Shown: one piece after another, positions 48,928 to 58,070 of the stretch | Position numbering within the stretch: the first letter of the stretch is position 1 | Layout of the letters: each line of letters starts with the position of its first letter | Source of the DNA: Myxococcales bacterium | GTDB taxonomy: Bacteria; Myxococcota_A; Polyangia; Polyangiales; DASUME01 | Length of the DNA: 64,000 nucleotides | Assembly: GCA_047601445.1 (NCBI GenBank) | Contig: JASGJH010000001.1 | Span: 4,928,001 to 4,992,000 of the forward strand | Direction: 5' to 3' | The notes under the pieces: generated by a model | Database searches by the model: none | What the model was told of the DNA's origin: nothing | The model's input: only the letters and a program-made list of their open reading frames with translations | Position numbers and translations under genes: made by a program

Positions 48928-50012
48928 GCGGCGTCCCGTCCTCCGCCCGAGCCAGCCAAGTCGCGCGCCTCGAGCACGCGGCCGCCGGTGGTGGGTGCCG
49001 CGAACTCGAGCCCCTTCTGCGTCGGTTGCAGCGAGGCCAAGAATCGAAAGATGGGGTCCGCGGGTGCATGGGAGGGCACGTTCGGCGAGCGCTCCCCACG
49101 CGCGCAGATCTCCACGGCGTAGCCGCGGCCGAGTGCGTACTCCGCGAGATAGGCGCAGCGTGAGATCTGCTCCTCGAAGCTGCCCTGCCAGGCGGTGTCG
49201 CCGGGGTCGGCGCACAGGTTGTCGAGGCGGATGCTCAAGAGATGCCCTGCTTCACGCTCGAACTCACGTACCACCAGGCGCCCGACCGCTGCGCTGCGCT
49301 TCCAGTGGACGGCGCGCAGCTCGTCGTGGGCGCGGAACTCGCGTAGCTCGCGCGTCTCGGTGCCGCGGCCTCGCGCCGTGCCTGCATGATCACCATGGTC
49401 GTGCATGGTCATCAACGGCAGCTCGGTCTTGAGGCGCGCCGGAAACACCAGCAGCGAGTCTTCCACGGCCAACTCGCGCCACTTCTCGAACAGGGCGAAG
49501 GGGAAGCGCGTGGCGACACGAAAGGCCACGAATACGGCCTCACCACGGCGCATCGGGATCCGGCGATAGGAGGCCACCTGTTCGCTACCCGGGGCCACCT
49601 TGAGGAAATAGCAGCGGCGGTCGTTTACCAGCTCGCGGGCGTGATCCTCGACCTCGATGGAGTAGCTGACCAGGCGCTCCTTGCGGTTCTCCACGGCAAT
49701 CTCGATCAACATCGGCTCACCCACGAAGGCCTGCGCCGGCAGGCGCCGCGTCACCCTGAGCTTGCGCAGCGCGTGCTCGCTGAGGATGCCGCTCAGCACG
49801 ATCAGGCTCAGCATGAAGCCGAACACGAGGTACATCAGGTTGGTGCCCGTGTTGACCGCGCCGAAGCCGAGGCCCACCGTGACGAACACGAACACCTTGC
49901 CCTCGCGGGTGAACTTCAGGTGTCGGCGGTAGCGCCGGTTCCGCGGCAGATACCAGGGGACCCGCGCCTCTGTCAGCGACACCGAGTCCGCGTGCGCGCT
50001 CGGCTCCGCCAT
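48924..50012 (-). CDS. DUF58 (vWA-like) protein
   Basis: 'AVNTGTNLMY', 'TRFPFALF', 'LREFRAHDELRAVHWKRSA', 'VVREFE'. Confidence 0.88.
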   Translation of the reverse strand: MAEPSAHADSVSLTEARVPWYLPRNRRYRRHLKFTREGKVFVFVTVGLGFGAVNTGTNLMYLVFGFMLSLIVLSGILSEHALRKLRVTRRLPAQAFVGEPMLIEIAVENRKERLVSYSIEVEDHARELVNDRRCYFLKVAPGSEQVASYRRIPMRRGEAVFVAFRVATRFPFALFEKWRELAVEDSLLVFPARLKTELPLMTMHDHGDHAGTARGRGTETRELREFRAHDELRAVHWKRSAAVGRLVVREFEREAGHLLSIRLDNLCADPGDTAWQGSFEEQISRCAYLAEYALGRGYAVEICARGERSPNVPSHAPADPIFRFLASLQPTQKGLEFAAPTTGGRVLEARDLAGSGGGRDAA

Positions 50013-50989
50013 CAGATAGGCACGGGGATCTTGGAAACCAGCTCGCGCACCACGCGCTCGGCGTCCATGCGATGGGCGCCCGCCTCGTGGGTGCCGCCCA
50101 GGCGCACGCGGTGGGCCAAGGCGTGCACGGCCAGGGACTGCACGTCGTCGGGCGTGGCGTACGTGCGCCCCGAGACCAGCGCGCGAGCTCGCACTGCGCG
50201 CTCGAAGGACAGCGCGCCGCGCGTGGAGGCCCCGAGCGAGAGCAGCTTGCTCTCACGGGTAGCGAGGACCAGACGGTGCAGGTAACCGATGACCTCTTCG
50301 TCCACGTGTACGTCGTCGACCACGCTCTGGGCCGCGAGGAGATCTTCCTTGCTCGCCACCACCGCCAGGTTCTCGGTGGGATCCTGGCCGCGCCTGCGCA
50401 TCAGGATCTGCCGCTCCACCTCGGGCTCGGGGTAACCCACGTGAATGCGCAGGAGGAAGCGATCGAGCTGCGACTCGGGCAGCGGATAGGTGCCGTAGAA
50501 CTCCTCGGGGTTCTGGGTGGCGATCACGAAGAACGGCTGGTCGAGGGGATAGGTGACACCGTCGATGGACACGCGGCGCTCGTCCATGGCCTCGAGCAAT
50601 GCGCTCTGAGTGCGCGGCGTGGTGCGGTTGATCTCGTCCGCCAGGAGCACGTGCGTGAACACCGGCCCCTTGCGGAACGTGAAGCTGCCCGTGGCAGGCT
50701 CGAGCACGCTTCCGCCGAGGACGTCGGCGGGCATCAGGTCGGAGGTGAACTGCAGGCGCGTGAAGTCCACCCCCAACGAGCGTGAGAGCGCGCGAGCCAG
50801 CGTGGTCTTGCCGACGCCAGGCACGTCTTCCACCAGCAGGTGTCCGCGCGCGAGCAGGCAGGTGACCGAGAGCTCCACCGCCTCTCGCTTGCCTTGCAAG
50901 ACCTTGCCAACGTTGTCGACGAGCGCGCTGGCGAGGCGGGCGGCGCGCTCTGCGCCCAGGTTCGTTGCCGCTAGTTCAGGCCGAGCCAT
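50012..50989 (-). CDS. MoxR-family AAA+ ATPase
   Basis: 'LLVEDVPGVGKTT', 'LQFTSDLMPAD', 'LADEINRTTPRTQSALLEAM', 'ATQNP', 'LPESQLDRF'. Confidence 0.95.
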   Translation of the reverse strand: MARPELAATNLGAERAARLASALVDNVGKVLQGKREAVELSVTCLLARGHLLVEDVPGVGKTTLARALSRSLGVDFTRLQFTSDLMPADVLGGSVLEPATGSFTFRKGPVFTHVLLADEINRTTPRTQSALLEAMDERRVSIDGVTYPLDQPFFVIATQNPEEFYGTYPLPESQLDRFLLRIHVGYPEPEVERQILMRRRGQDPTENLAVVASKEDLLAAQSVVDDVHVDEEVIGYLHRLVLATRESKLLSLGASTRGALSFERAVRARALVSGRTYATPDDVQSLAVHALAHRVRLGGTHEAGAHRMDAERVVRELVSKIPVPI

Positions 50990-51120
50990 GTGCTCGAGAT
51001 CGTACCATGGGCCTTTCGGCGACGCGGGCGCAGAGAGCTCTCTTGATCCGCGACAGCCATGTGGGCTGAGGTGATCTAAGCGCACCAGCAAGCCAGACGG
51101 CGGGATTTCGCGGCGGCGTA

Positions 51121-51999
51121 TTAGCCCCGCCGGGCCAGCGCGACATGGCGTTCCCGGCGGGGGAAACGCCGCGCCTGGCGCGCGTCGACGTAGCGCGTGG
51201 CGAGTGCGGCGTCGGTCTCGTCGGCGAGCAGTTGGAAGTTTCGTTCGCCCAACCACGCAGGCAGCCGCTCGGGTCGAAAGCCGAACCGATAGGGTTCCCC
51301 GACGCGGGACACCAATGTGGCGGTGAGCCGCGCGTCTCCTTCGGGGGCCCGGATGGCCTTGTGATCGAGATAGGTCACGGCGAGCCAGGAGTCGGGCCCG
51401 CTGTAGTCGGCCACGGCGCGCACGGTCTCGTCCACGCTCTCGGCCTGCAGGTACATGGTCACGCCCTCCCAAATCGTCAGCGTGCGCGCACTGAGGTCGA
51501 GGCCCTTGCGCGCGAGCTCCGCAGGCAGCCCGTGGGTACCGCGGTGCTCGAAGTCCCAATCCACGTACGACACGGGGGCCGAACGCTCGCTGCTCGAGAA
51601 GAGCTTCTTCTTGGCCTGGGTGGCCGGGTGGTCCACCTCGAACACGCGCGCCTGCGCGAGCGCGTCGGCGAAGCGCAGCGCGCGACAGTCGTAGCCGGCA
51701 CCGAGCAGCACGACCTGGCGTCCGCCCTCGGCCGCAAAGCGCTGCAAGATGTCATCGAGGGCGCGGGTCCGGAGCTGCATCCACAGCAGGAACGCGGTCA
51801 ACGGTCCGCCCGCCGAGACCACGCTTCGTCCCAGCTCCGGGTGCCTCAAGCAAAAGCGCGCAAACGCGCCCACCACGCCGTCGGCGAGCTCCGCCCCAAA
51901 CCGATCCTCCGCCAGTTGCAGCCGCTCCGGCAGCAAGCGGCCCACCCCACGCGCCGCGGCGACCCAGGCCGCGGTTGCACTCGCTTGATTGCGCCTCAT
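51121..51999 (-). CDS. SAM-dependent methyltransferase, LCM/leucine-carboxyl-methyltransferase-like
   Basis: 'ASATAAWVAAAR', 'RTRALDD', 'QVVLLGAGYDCRA', 'FEVDHP', 'IWEGVTMYL'. Confidence 0.88.
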   Translation of the reverse strand: MRRNQASATAAWVAAARGVGRLLPERLQLAEDRFGAELADGVVGAFARFCLRHPELGRSVVSAGGPLTAFLLWMQLRTRALDDILQRFAAEGGRQVVLLGAGYDCRALRFADALAQARVFEVDHPATQAKKKLFSSSERSAPVSYVDWDFEHRGTHGLPAELARKGLDLSARTLTIWEGVTMYLQAESVDETVRAVADYSGPDSWLAVTYLDHKAIRAPEGDARLTATLVSRVGEPYRFGFRPERLPAWLGERNFQLLADETDAALATRYVDARQARRFPRRERHVALARRG

Positions 52000-52040
52000 G
52001 GAGGGCCAAGAGTAATTCAGCCGAAGCACCCACGCCCCTT

Positions 52041-52205
52041 TGGCGGTGGCCGTGGCGGAGACCGTGGCCGTGGCGGGGGACCGTGGCCATGGCCGTGGCG
52101 GAGACCGTGGCCGTGGACCGTGCTGGTGGCCGGAGACCGTGGCCGCTGATGGCTGAGGGCTGAGGGCTGATGCCAGACGACCGATGCCAGACGGCAGACA
52201 ACCGA
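52041..52205. repeat. Intergenic hexamer repeats (GTGGCC/GGAGAC) followed by heptamer repeats (GGCTGAG)
   Basis: The reverse complement contains CCACGGTCTCCGGCCACCAGCACGGT, nearly identical to 33728-33753. It is followed by GGCTGAG GGCTGAG GGCTGAT and two copies of GATGCCAGACG. Confidence 0.75.
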
Positions 52206-52255
52206 TTATCCCCCCCTCCCCGCCGGGGGCTCGCCCGCGCGCTACCATGCCCGCC

Positions 52256-52666
52256 ATGCAAATCACCCGCCTGCTCGGACTCGGATGCCTGGTGCTCCTC
52301 GGTGCCTGCGCCAAGAAGCCCACTGCCTACGAAACGCTGCCGCAGCTCCGGCAAGCGATCGAAGAGCCGGTGACGTCGCCGGAGCAAAACCAACGGCACA
52401 GCCAGCTGGTGCAGATGGTGAGCGAGGAAGGACACCTCGAGGGGCTGTCGCGCACGGACGTGGAAGCCAAGATCGGCAAGGGCGACGTGTGCTCGAAGCA
52501 TCCCCTGTGCAGCCAGCAGGGCTTCATGGACGACGACTGGTACTACGAAATCGGCACCGCCAGCGAAGGCCCCGACGCCTCCTACCTGCGCTATCGGCCC
52601 GCGCTGATCCTCGGCTTCAATCGCTTTGGCAAGGTCGAGCGCACCTACGTGCTACGGGTCGAATAG
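52256..52666 (+). CDS. Hypothetical lipoprotein, possibly SmpA/BamE-like fold
   Basis: Lipobox LGAC, 'GLSRTDVEAKIG', 'WYY', 'LILGFNRFGKV'. Confidence 0.6.
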   Translation: MQITRLLGLGCLVLLGACAKKPTAYETLPQLRQAIEEPVTSPEQNQRHSQLVQMVSEEGHLEGLSRTDVEAKIGKGDVCSKHPLCSQQGFMDDDWYYEIGTASEGPDASYLRYRPALILGFNRFGKVERTYVLRVE

Positions 52667-52698
52667 CCCGCTTGGCTCATTCGGAATAGCCTGAGGCC

Positions 52699-53124
52699 AT
52701 GCGCTACCTCCACACCATGATCCGGGTCTACGACCTCGATGCGACGCTCACGTTCTTCTGTCAGCTCCTCGGCCTGCGCGAGGTGCGCCGCAGGGAGTCG
52801 GAGCAGGGCCGCTTCACGCTCGTGTTTTTGAGCAGTGGCCACGACGGCGATCCGGCCGAAGTCGAGCTCACATACAACTGGGATCAGACCGAGCCCTACA
52901 GCGTCGGACGCAACTTTGGTCATCTGGCCTTCGAAGTAGACGACGTCTACGAAACCTGCCGGAAGCTCATGGCCGGTGGCGTCCAAATTTTGCGCCCCCC
53001 ACGCGATGGACGCATGGCTTTCGTGCGCTCTCCCGATCAGACCTCGGTGGAACTTTTACAGCGCGGCGACGCTCTGGCGCCCGCGGAACCATGGAAATCC
53101 ATGCCCAGTCAAGGCGAGTGGTAA
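52699..53124 (+). CDS. gloA: Lactoylglutathione lyase (glyoxalase I, VOC family)
   Basis: 'YLHTMIRV', 'ELTYNW', 'GRNFGHLAF', '[12 protein letters not shown]'. Confidence 0.9.
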   Translation: MRYLHTMIRVYDLDATLTFFCQLLGLREVRRRESEQGRFTLVFLSSGHDGDPAEVELTYNWDQTEPYSVGRNFGHLAFEVDDVYETCRKLMAGGVQILRPPRDGRMAFVRSPDQTSVELLQRGDALAPAEPWKSMPSQGEW

Positions 53125-53199
53125 GCCCGGTCAACTTCCACGGATATGACAAAGGGCTGACACAGCCGGACCGGGCAAGCTGATAACAACGTCTCATCT

Positions 53200-54129
53200 A
53201 TGCAGAGCAGCAGTGGTGTGGCGCCGGCTTCGGGTCATTGGACGAAAGACTACCTTCACGCGGGAGCCCTGCCGTTCTGGCTGATGCACGTGGCCGCGGC
53301 CATCGGCGTCGCCATGGTGGGCTTCTCCTGGTTCGGCCTGGGGCTCTTGTTCGTCACGTACTACGCCCGCATGTTCTTGATCACGGGCGGCTACCACCGC
53401 TACTTCTGCCACCGCGCCTACAAGACCTCGCGCTTCTTCCAGTTCGTGCTCGCCTTCTTGGGCGCGAGTTGTCTGCAGAAGGGCGCCATGTGGTGGGCAG
53501 GCAATCATCGCCACCACCACAAGTTTGCAGACACGTCGGAAGACCCGCACTCGCCGCGTGAGCAGGGTCTGGTCTGGGCGCACATGGGCTGGATCGTGAG
53601 CCCTAGAAACAACCGCACGCGCATCGAGCACGTGCGTGACCTGGCGCGCTATCCCGAGTTGGTATGGCTGGACAAGTATCACCTGGTGCCGGTGGTGCTC
53701 TACGCCGTGTGCATGCTCTGGGCCTTCGGAGGCACGGGCTTGGTCTGGGGCTTCCTCGTGTCCTCGGTCGTGCTCTGGCACGGCACCTTCACCATCAACT
53801 CCCTCACCCACGTGTTCGGCAAGCGTCGCTTCGAGAACAGCGACGACTCCTTGAACAGCCTGCCGCTGGCGCTGCTGACCATGGGCGAGGGCTGGCACAA
53901 CAACCACCACTACTACCAGAGCACGGCCAACCAGGGCTTCTACTGGTGGGAAATCGATATGTCCTACTACGTGCTGCTCGGCCTCGAAAAGCTCGGCATC
54001 GTGTGGGACCTGCGCAAGCCCCCGCAGTGGGTGCTCGACAAGGGCCTCGGCAAGCAGGTGGAAGAGCCTGCGGACGCCAAGGCTTCGCGCGAGCACAAGG
54101 TCGAGGCAGACGCCGTAGCGAGCCTCTGA
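53200..54129 (+). CDS. Membrane acyl-CoA/acyl-lipid delta-9-type fatty acid desaturase
   Basis: His boxes HRYFCH, HRHHH and GEGWHNNHH; 'DPHSP', 'INSLTH', 'WWEID'. Confidence 0.93.
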   Translation: MQSSSGVAPASGHWTKDYLHAGALPFWLMHVAAAIGVAMVGFSWFGLGLLFVTYYARMFLITGGYHRYFCHRAYKTSRFFQFVLAFLGASCLQKGAMWWAGNHRHHHKFADTSEDPHSPREQGLVWAHMGWIVSPRNNRTRIEHVRDLARYPELVWLDKYHLVPVVLYAVCMLWAFGGTGLVWGFLVSSVVLWHGTFTINSLTHVFGKRRFENSDDSLNSLPLALLTMGEGWHNNHHYYQSTANQGFYWWEIDMSYYVLLGLEKLGIVWDLRKPPQWVLDKGLGKQVEEPADAKASREHKVEADAVASL

Positions 54130-54254
54130 TCGCCGCTCTGACGATCGGACCGAGTGAGAGCTCCAGCGTCGTCGCACGTTTTAGATAGGCCCCTGGGGGC
54201 GTCCCTGATTCCGGCGCACGCCAGCATCGCGCCTTTCCGCCGCATCGCGGATAG

Positions 54255-56303
54255 TCAGGCCGGCTCGGGCTCCCGAGCTGGCTCGCTGCGCGCCGGGACG
54301 GGCGCGACGGGGGCGGCCGCGAGGAGATCCGGCGCCACGCCGAGCTCGGCAATCTCGAGCAGCGCGTGCAGCGCCTCGGGGTTCTTGATCGCGGTCAGAT
54401 TGCGGGGTCGACGCCCGCTCAAGAGATCCTGCACGGCGCGCTCGGAGCGCTTGCCGTTGTGGGTCTGGGGCAGCGCCTGCACCTGCACCACCACGTCGGG
54501 AACGTGCACCGGGCTGGCCTTCTCCTTGAGCTCGCGCTTGATGCGAAAGGTCAAGGGACGGTCGAGCACCACACCGGGCTTGAGCACCAGGAGCAGCACC
54601 AGCTTCTTGCCGCCGGCCACGTTGGGCGCGTCCTGGTCGACCGCCATGGCCTCGGCCACCTCGGGGATGCGGCCCACGATGCCGTAGATCTCCGCGGGAC
54701 CGATGCGAATGCCGCGAATGTTGAGCACGCCATCGGAGCGCCCGAGGATGCGCGCGCTGCCGCGCTCGGTGAGCGCGATGAGGTCGCCGTGGGTCCACAC
54801 GTCTTCGTGCTGGGAAAAGTAGGCGTCGTGAAAGCGCGTGCCCTCTGGATCGCCGTAGAGCCCCACCGGACGCGAGGGGAAAGGTCGCACGCACACCAGC
54901 TCGCCCGTGCCCGCGCGCAGGTTCTCCGCGCCATCTCGCGCCCGCACGTCGTGTCCGAGGCTCACGCACTGGCTCTCGCCGCGGTACACGGGGAGCACGG
55001 GATTGCCGAGCACGAAGCAGCCGAGGATGTCGGTCCCCCCGGAGATGGACTGCAGCGGCAGGTCGCCGAAGGCTTGCTGGACGAAGTCGAATTGCTCGGG
55101 ATAAAGGATGGAGCCGGTAGAGAGCACTGCTCTCAGGCGACCGAGGTCACAGCGCTCCCGGGCGATAATCTCCGAATCCTGCAAGAACCGCAGGTAAGCC
55201 GGGCTCGTGCCAAACACGGTGACCTTGCGCTCCGCCAGGTGCTTGAGCAGGGAGTCGCTCTCCGGAAAGGACACGGAGCCGTCGTAGAGCACCACCTCGG
55301 CCTCGGTGGCCAAACCCGATACCAGCCAGTTCCACATCATCCAGCCTGTGCTGGTGACGAAGCAAATCGCGTCTTCGCGGGTGAGATCGGTATGGAGGAC
55401 CAGCTCCTTGAGGTGCTCGAGCAGCGTGCCGCCGTGGCCGTGCACGATGCACTTGGGGACCCCCGTGGTGCCCGACGAGAACAAGATGAACAGGGGATGA
55501 TCGAAGGGCACGCGCGTGAACCCGGCGCGCGCCGGCCCCTGCACCAGCTCCGCGAGGCGCAGCACCGGCACCGCCGGCGTGAAGCCGAGCTCCCCGTCGT
55601 CGAGTAGCACCAAGGTCTTCACGGACGGCAGGGCCTGCAAGAGGCGCTCGATGAACTCGGAGAGCGGCCGCGTTTGCCCCTGGAGCAAGAGCTTGGTGTG
55701 GGCGAACAGGAGCTCGGGCGCCAGCGCGCCGAAGCGACTCAAGACGCTGTCCACGCCCAAGTCGGGCGACACCGAGGACCAGCTGGCTCCCAGGCTTGCG
55801 CTGGCGAGACACGCCGTGACGGCGGCGGAGTCGTTGCGCGCGAGGGCCGCCACCCTGCTGTGACTACCGATGCCGCGCGCCTCGAGGCCCTGGGCCAGCG
55901 AGAGCACGTTGCCGCGCAGCTCGGCCCGCGTGAGCTGCACGAGCGTGCCGGCTTCGTCGAGCGTGCTCAAGACCACGCGCTTTTCGCCATCATCGGGCAA
56001 CGCTGCGTCGCCGCGCTGGCGCAGCAGGTTCTCCGCGTAATTCAGCCGGAGCTCGGGGAAGAAGCGGGCGCGCTCCACCTCGTCGCTCGTGCACACGGGT
56101 TCGAGCTCGCCCTCGCAAACAGGGGACAGGAACTCGACCAGACAGCGCCAAAAGTCACGATAGTGCTCGGTGGACCAGCGGTGCAGGGCTGGCCAGTCGG
56201 CGAGCTCCAGCTGAGTGCGGGCGCGCGCGAACTCCACGAAGCGTGCGAGCTGCGAGGACGCCGCCGCGGGACCGGGCTGGTAGGTGACCTTGGGCGCGCT
56301 CAC
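54255..56303 (-). CDS. Acetoacetate-CoA ligase family adenylate-forming enzyme
   Basis: 'RLNYAENLL', 'ILFSSGTTGVPKCIVHGHGG', 'GWMMWNWL', 'SISGGTDI', 'WTHGD', 'GRSDGVLN' and the A10 Lys in 'THNGK'. The GTG start abuts the carrier-protein stop. Confidence 0.9.
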   Translation of the reverse strand: MSAPKVTYQPGPAAASSQLARFVEFARARTQLELADWPALHRWSTEHYRDFWRCLVEFLSPVCEGELEPVCTSDEVERARFFPELRLNYAENLLRQRGDAALPDDGEKRVVLSTLDEAGTLVQLTRAELRGNVLSLAQGLEARGIGSHSRVAALARNDSAAVTACLASASLGASWSSVSPDLGVDSVLSRFGALAPELLFAHTKLLLQGQTRPLSEFIERLLQALPSVKTLVLLDDGELGFTPAVPVLRLAELVQGPARAGFTRVPFDHPLFILFSSGTTGVPKCIVHGHGGTLLEHLKELVLHTDLTREDAICFVTSTGWMMWNWLVSGLATEAEVVLYDGSVSFPESDSLLKHLAERKVTVFGTSPAYLRFLQDSEIIARERCDLGRLRAVLSTGSILYPEQFDFVQQAFGDLPLQSISGGTDILGCFVLGNPVLPVYRGESQCVSLGHDVRARDGAENLRAGTGELVCVRPFPSRPVGLYGDPEGTRFHDAYFSQHEDVWTHGDLIALTERGSARILGRSDGVLNIRGIRIGPAEIYGIVGRIPEVAEAMAVDQDAPNVAGGKKLVLLLVLKPGVVLDRPLTFRIKRELKEKASPVHVPDVVVQVQALPQTHNGKRSERAVQDLLSGRRPRNLTAIKNPEALHALLEIAELGVAPDLLAAAPVAPVPARSEPAREPEPA

Positions 56304-56570
56304 TCACGCTCCCTTGAACTGCGGGTGATTCACCACATAGGTGGTGATCTTGCGGAGCGAGTCGAAGTTCTCGCGCGTGAGGCTCTTGCGATCGATCTTG
56401 AGCTTGTAGTTCTCCTCGAGGAAGAGCGTGAGGTTCACGAAGCCCAGGCTATCGAGCACGCCGTTCTCGAGCAGCGACAGATCGTCGCTCTTGATCAGCG
56501 TCTCCGCGTCCCCGAAGTGATACTTGTCGTCGAGCCAGTCGATCACCGCACGTCGAACCTTGTCAGTCAT
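56304..56570 (-). CDS. Stand-alone acyl/aminoacyl carrier protein (DltC-like)
   Basis: 88 aa, with 'LLENGVLDSLG' phosphopantetheine site and 'ENFDSL'; GGAG RBS. Confidence 0.9.
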   Translation of the reverse strand: MTDKVRRAVIDWLDDKYHFGDAETLIKSDDLSLLENGVLDSLGFVNLTLFLEENYKLKIDRKSLTRENFDSLRKITTYVVNHPQFKGA

Positions 56571-56597
56571 CGCAACACTCCGCAGGCAAGACCCAGC

Positions 56598-58070
56598 TCA
56601 GAACTGGGCGTAGATGAACGACCCCTCGGACAGGGGCTTGAACAGGAACAAGTAGACCACGACCGTGCCATAGGCGAAACCGCGCAGCGGGGCGGGCACG
56701 CGCGCCGCCAGCTCGCGCAGGCGCTTGGCGGGCTCGGTCGCGGACAGATGGTAGAAAACCACGAAGCTCATGCAGAGCAGAAAGTTGAGCTTGTTGGAGA
56801 ACGCCCCCAGCTCGATCCTCTCTGCGCCGTTGGCCGCCCCGAGCAGACCGAGCGTGAAGGTGCCCGCGGTCTTGAGGTCCGGCGCGCGGAACGGGACGAG
56901 CGAGAACATGAACCAGCCCTGCGTCAGCAACCACGAGGTGACCACGTAGGCCCGGGACTTCCTGCGCTGCACCCAGACGCGGTCCTTGCGGCACAGGGTG
57001 CGGTAGTACTCGTCCCAGCGGTGCGCCGTCATGAGCACGAAGCCGTGCAACGCGCCCCACAGCACGAACATCCAGGTGGCGCCGTGCCAGATGCCGCTCA
57101 CCAGGAGCACGATGAAGAGGCCGGCCCCGAGCTTGCCGCGTAGGCGGCCCTCGCCGGTGACGAGCGGGCTGTAGATGTAGTCGAACAGGAAGTTGGTGAG
57201 CGAGATGTGCCAGCGCTTCCAGAAGTCGCTGATGTTGCGCGCCAGGAAGGGGAAACGGAAGTTCTCCACCAGCCCGATGCCGAAGAACTCGGCCACGCCC
57301 AGGGCGAGCAAGCTGTAGCCGGCGAAGTCGCAGAAGATCTGGCAGGTGTAGAGGTAGAGCACGAGCCAGTGGGCCGTGAGGGTGTAGTTAGCGGGCGCGA
57401 GATAGACCTGATCCACGAAGGGGCCCAGGAACGCCGACACCAGGAACTTCATGGAGAAGCCGAGCAAGAAAGCCTGGGCGCCGCGGGCGAAGCGCTCTGC
57501 ACTCGGCGCGCGCGGCTTCTCGAGCTGGTCGATGAGGTCGCCGCGGGCGATGGGGCCCGAGAGGATCTGCGGGAAAAAGGCCACGAAGGTGGCGAAGTCG
57601 AGCAGGGACTTGGGGCCCGCGCGGCGGCCATAGGAGACGTCGGTCACGTAGGCCACGAGCTGCAGCGTCCAGAACGAGATGCCGATGGGCACTCCCCAGC
57701 TCAACACCGGCGGCACGAAGCTCAACCCCAGCACCTGGGCGATGGCCGCGGCGGTGCTGGCGAAGAAGCCGAGATACTTGAGCAGCACCAGCTGCCCGAG
57801 GTTGTAGACCAGGCCGAGCCGCAAGATGGACTTGGAGTTCTCGGGCACGCCCTCGGCGTCGGGCTTACGCAGGCTCTTGAGCAGTCCGTAGTTCACCAGG
57901 GCAGTGAACACGAAGAGCCCGAGCATCTTGGGCCCGTAGCTGAAGTAGTAAATGTAGCTGGCCAGCAGAAGCACCGTGTTCTGCAGCCATGCCTTGCGGG
58001 GCACGAGCCAGTACAGCGCCAACACGGCGGGCATGAAGTACACGATGAACAGCGCGCTCGAGAAGCTCAT
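56598..58070 (-). CDS. MBOAT family O-acyltransferase (AlgI/DltB/PatA-like) with a C-terminal Tyr motif
   Basis: 'PIGISFWT', 'FFPQILSGPI', 'DFAGYS', 'ENF..P', 'DFWKRWHISL', catalytic 'SGIWHGA'; ends FIYAQF. Confidence 0.93.
   Translation of the reverse strand: MSFSSALFIVYFMPAVLALYWLVPRKAWLQNTVLLLASYIYYFSYGPKMLGLFVFTALVNYGLLKSLRKPDAEGVPENSKSILRLGLVYNLGQLVLLKYLGFFASTAAAIAQVLGLSFVPPVLSWGVPIGISFWTLQLVAYVTDVSYGRRAGPKSLLDFATFVAFFPQILSGPIARGDLIDQLEKPRAPSAERFARGAQAFLLGFSMKFLVSAFLGPFVDQVYLAPANYTLTAHWLVLYLYTCQIFCDFAGYSLLALGVAEFFGIGLVENFRFPFLARNISDFWKRWHISLTNFLFDYIYSPLVTGEGRLRGKLGAGLFIVLLVSGIWHGATWMFVLWGALHGFVLMTAHRWDEYYRTLCRKDRVWVQRRKSRAYVVTSWLLTQGWFMFSLVPFRAPDLKTAGTFTLGLLGAANGAERIELGAFSNKLNFLLCMSFVVFYHLSATEPAKRLRELAARVPAPLRGFAYGTVVVYLFLFKPLSEGSFIYAQF

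Noticed and set aside
54200..54260. Possible MITE fragment between the desaturase and the ligase (CCTGATTCC...GGATAGTCAGG)
   Set aside because: The inverted ends are short and imperfect and there is only one copy in the window, so it cannot be supported.
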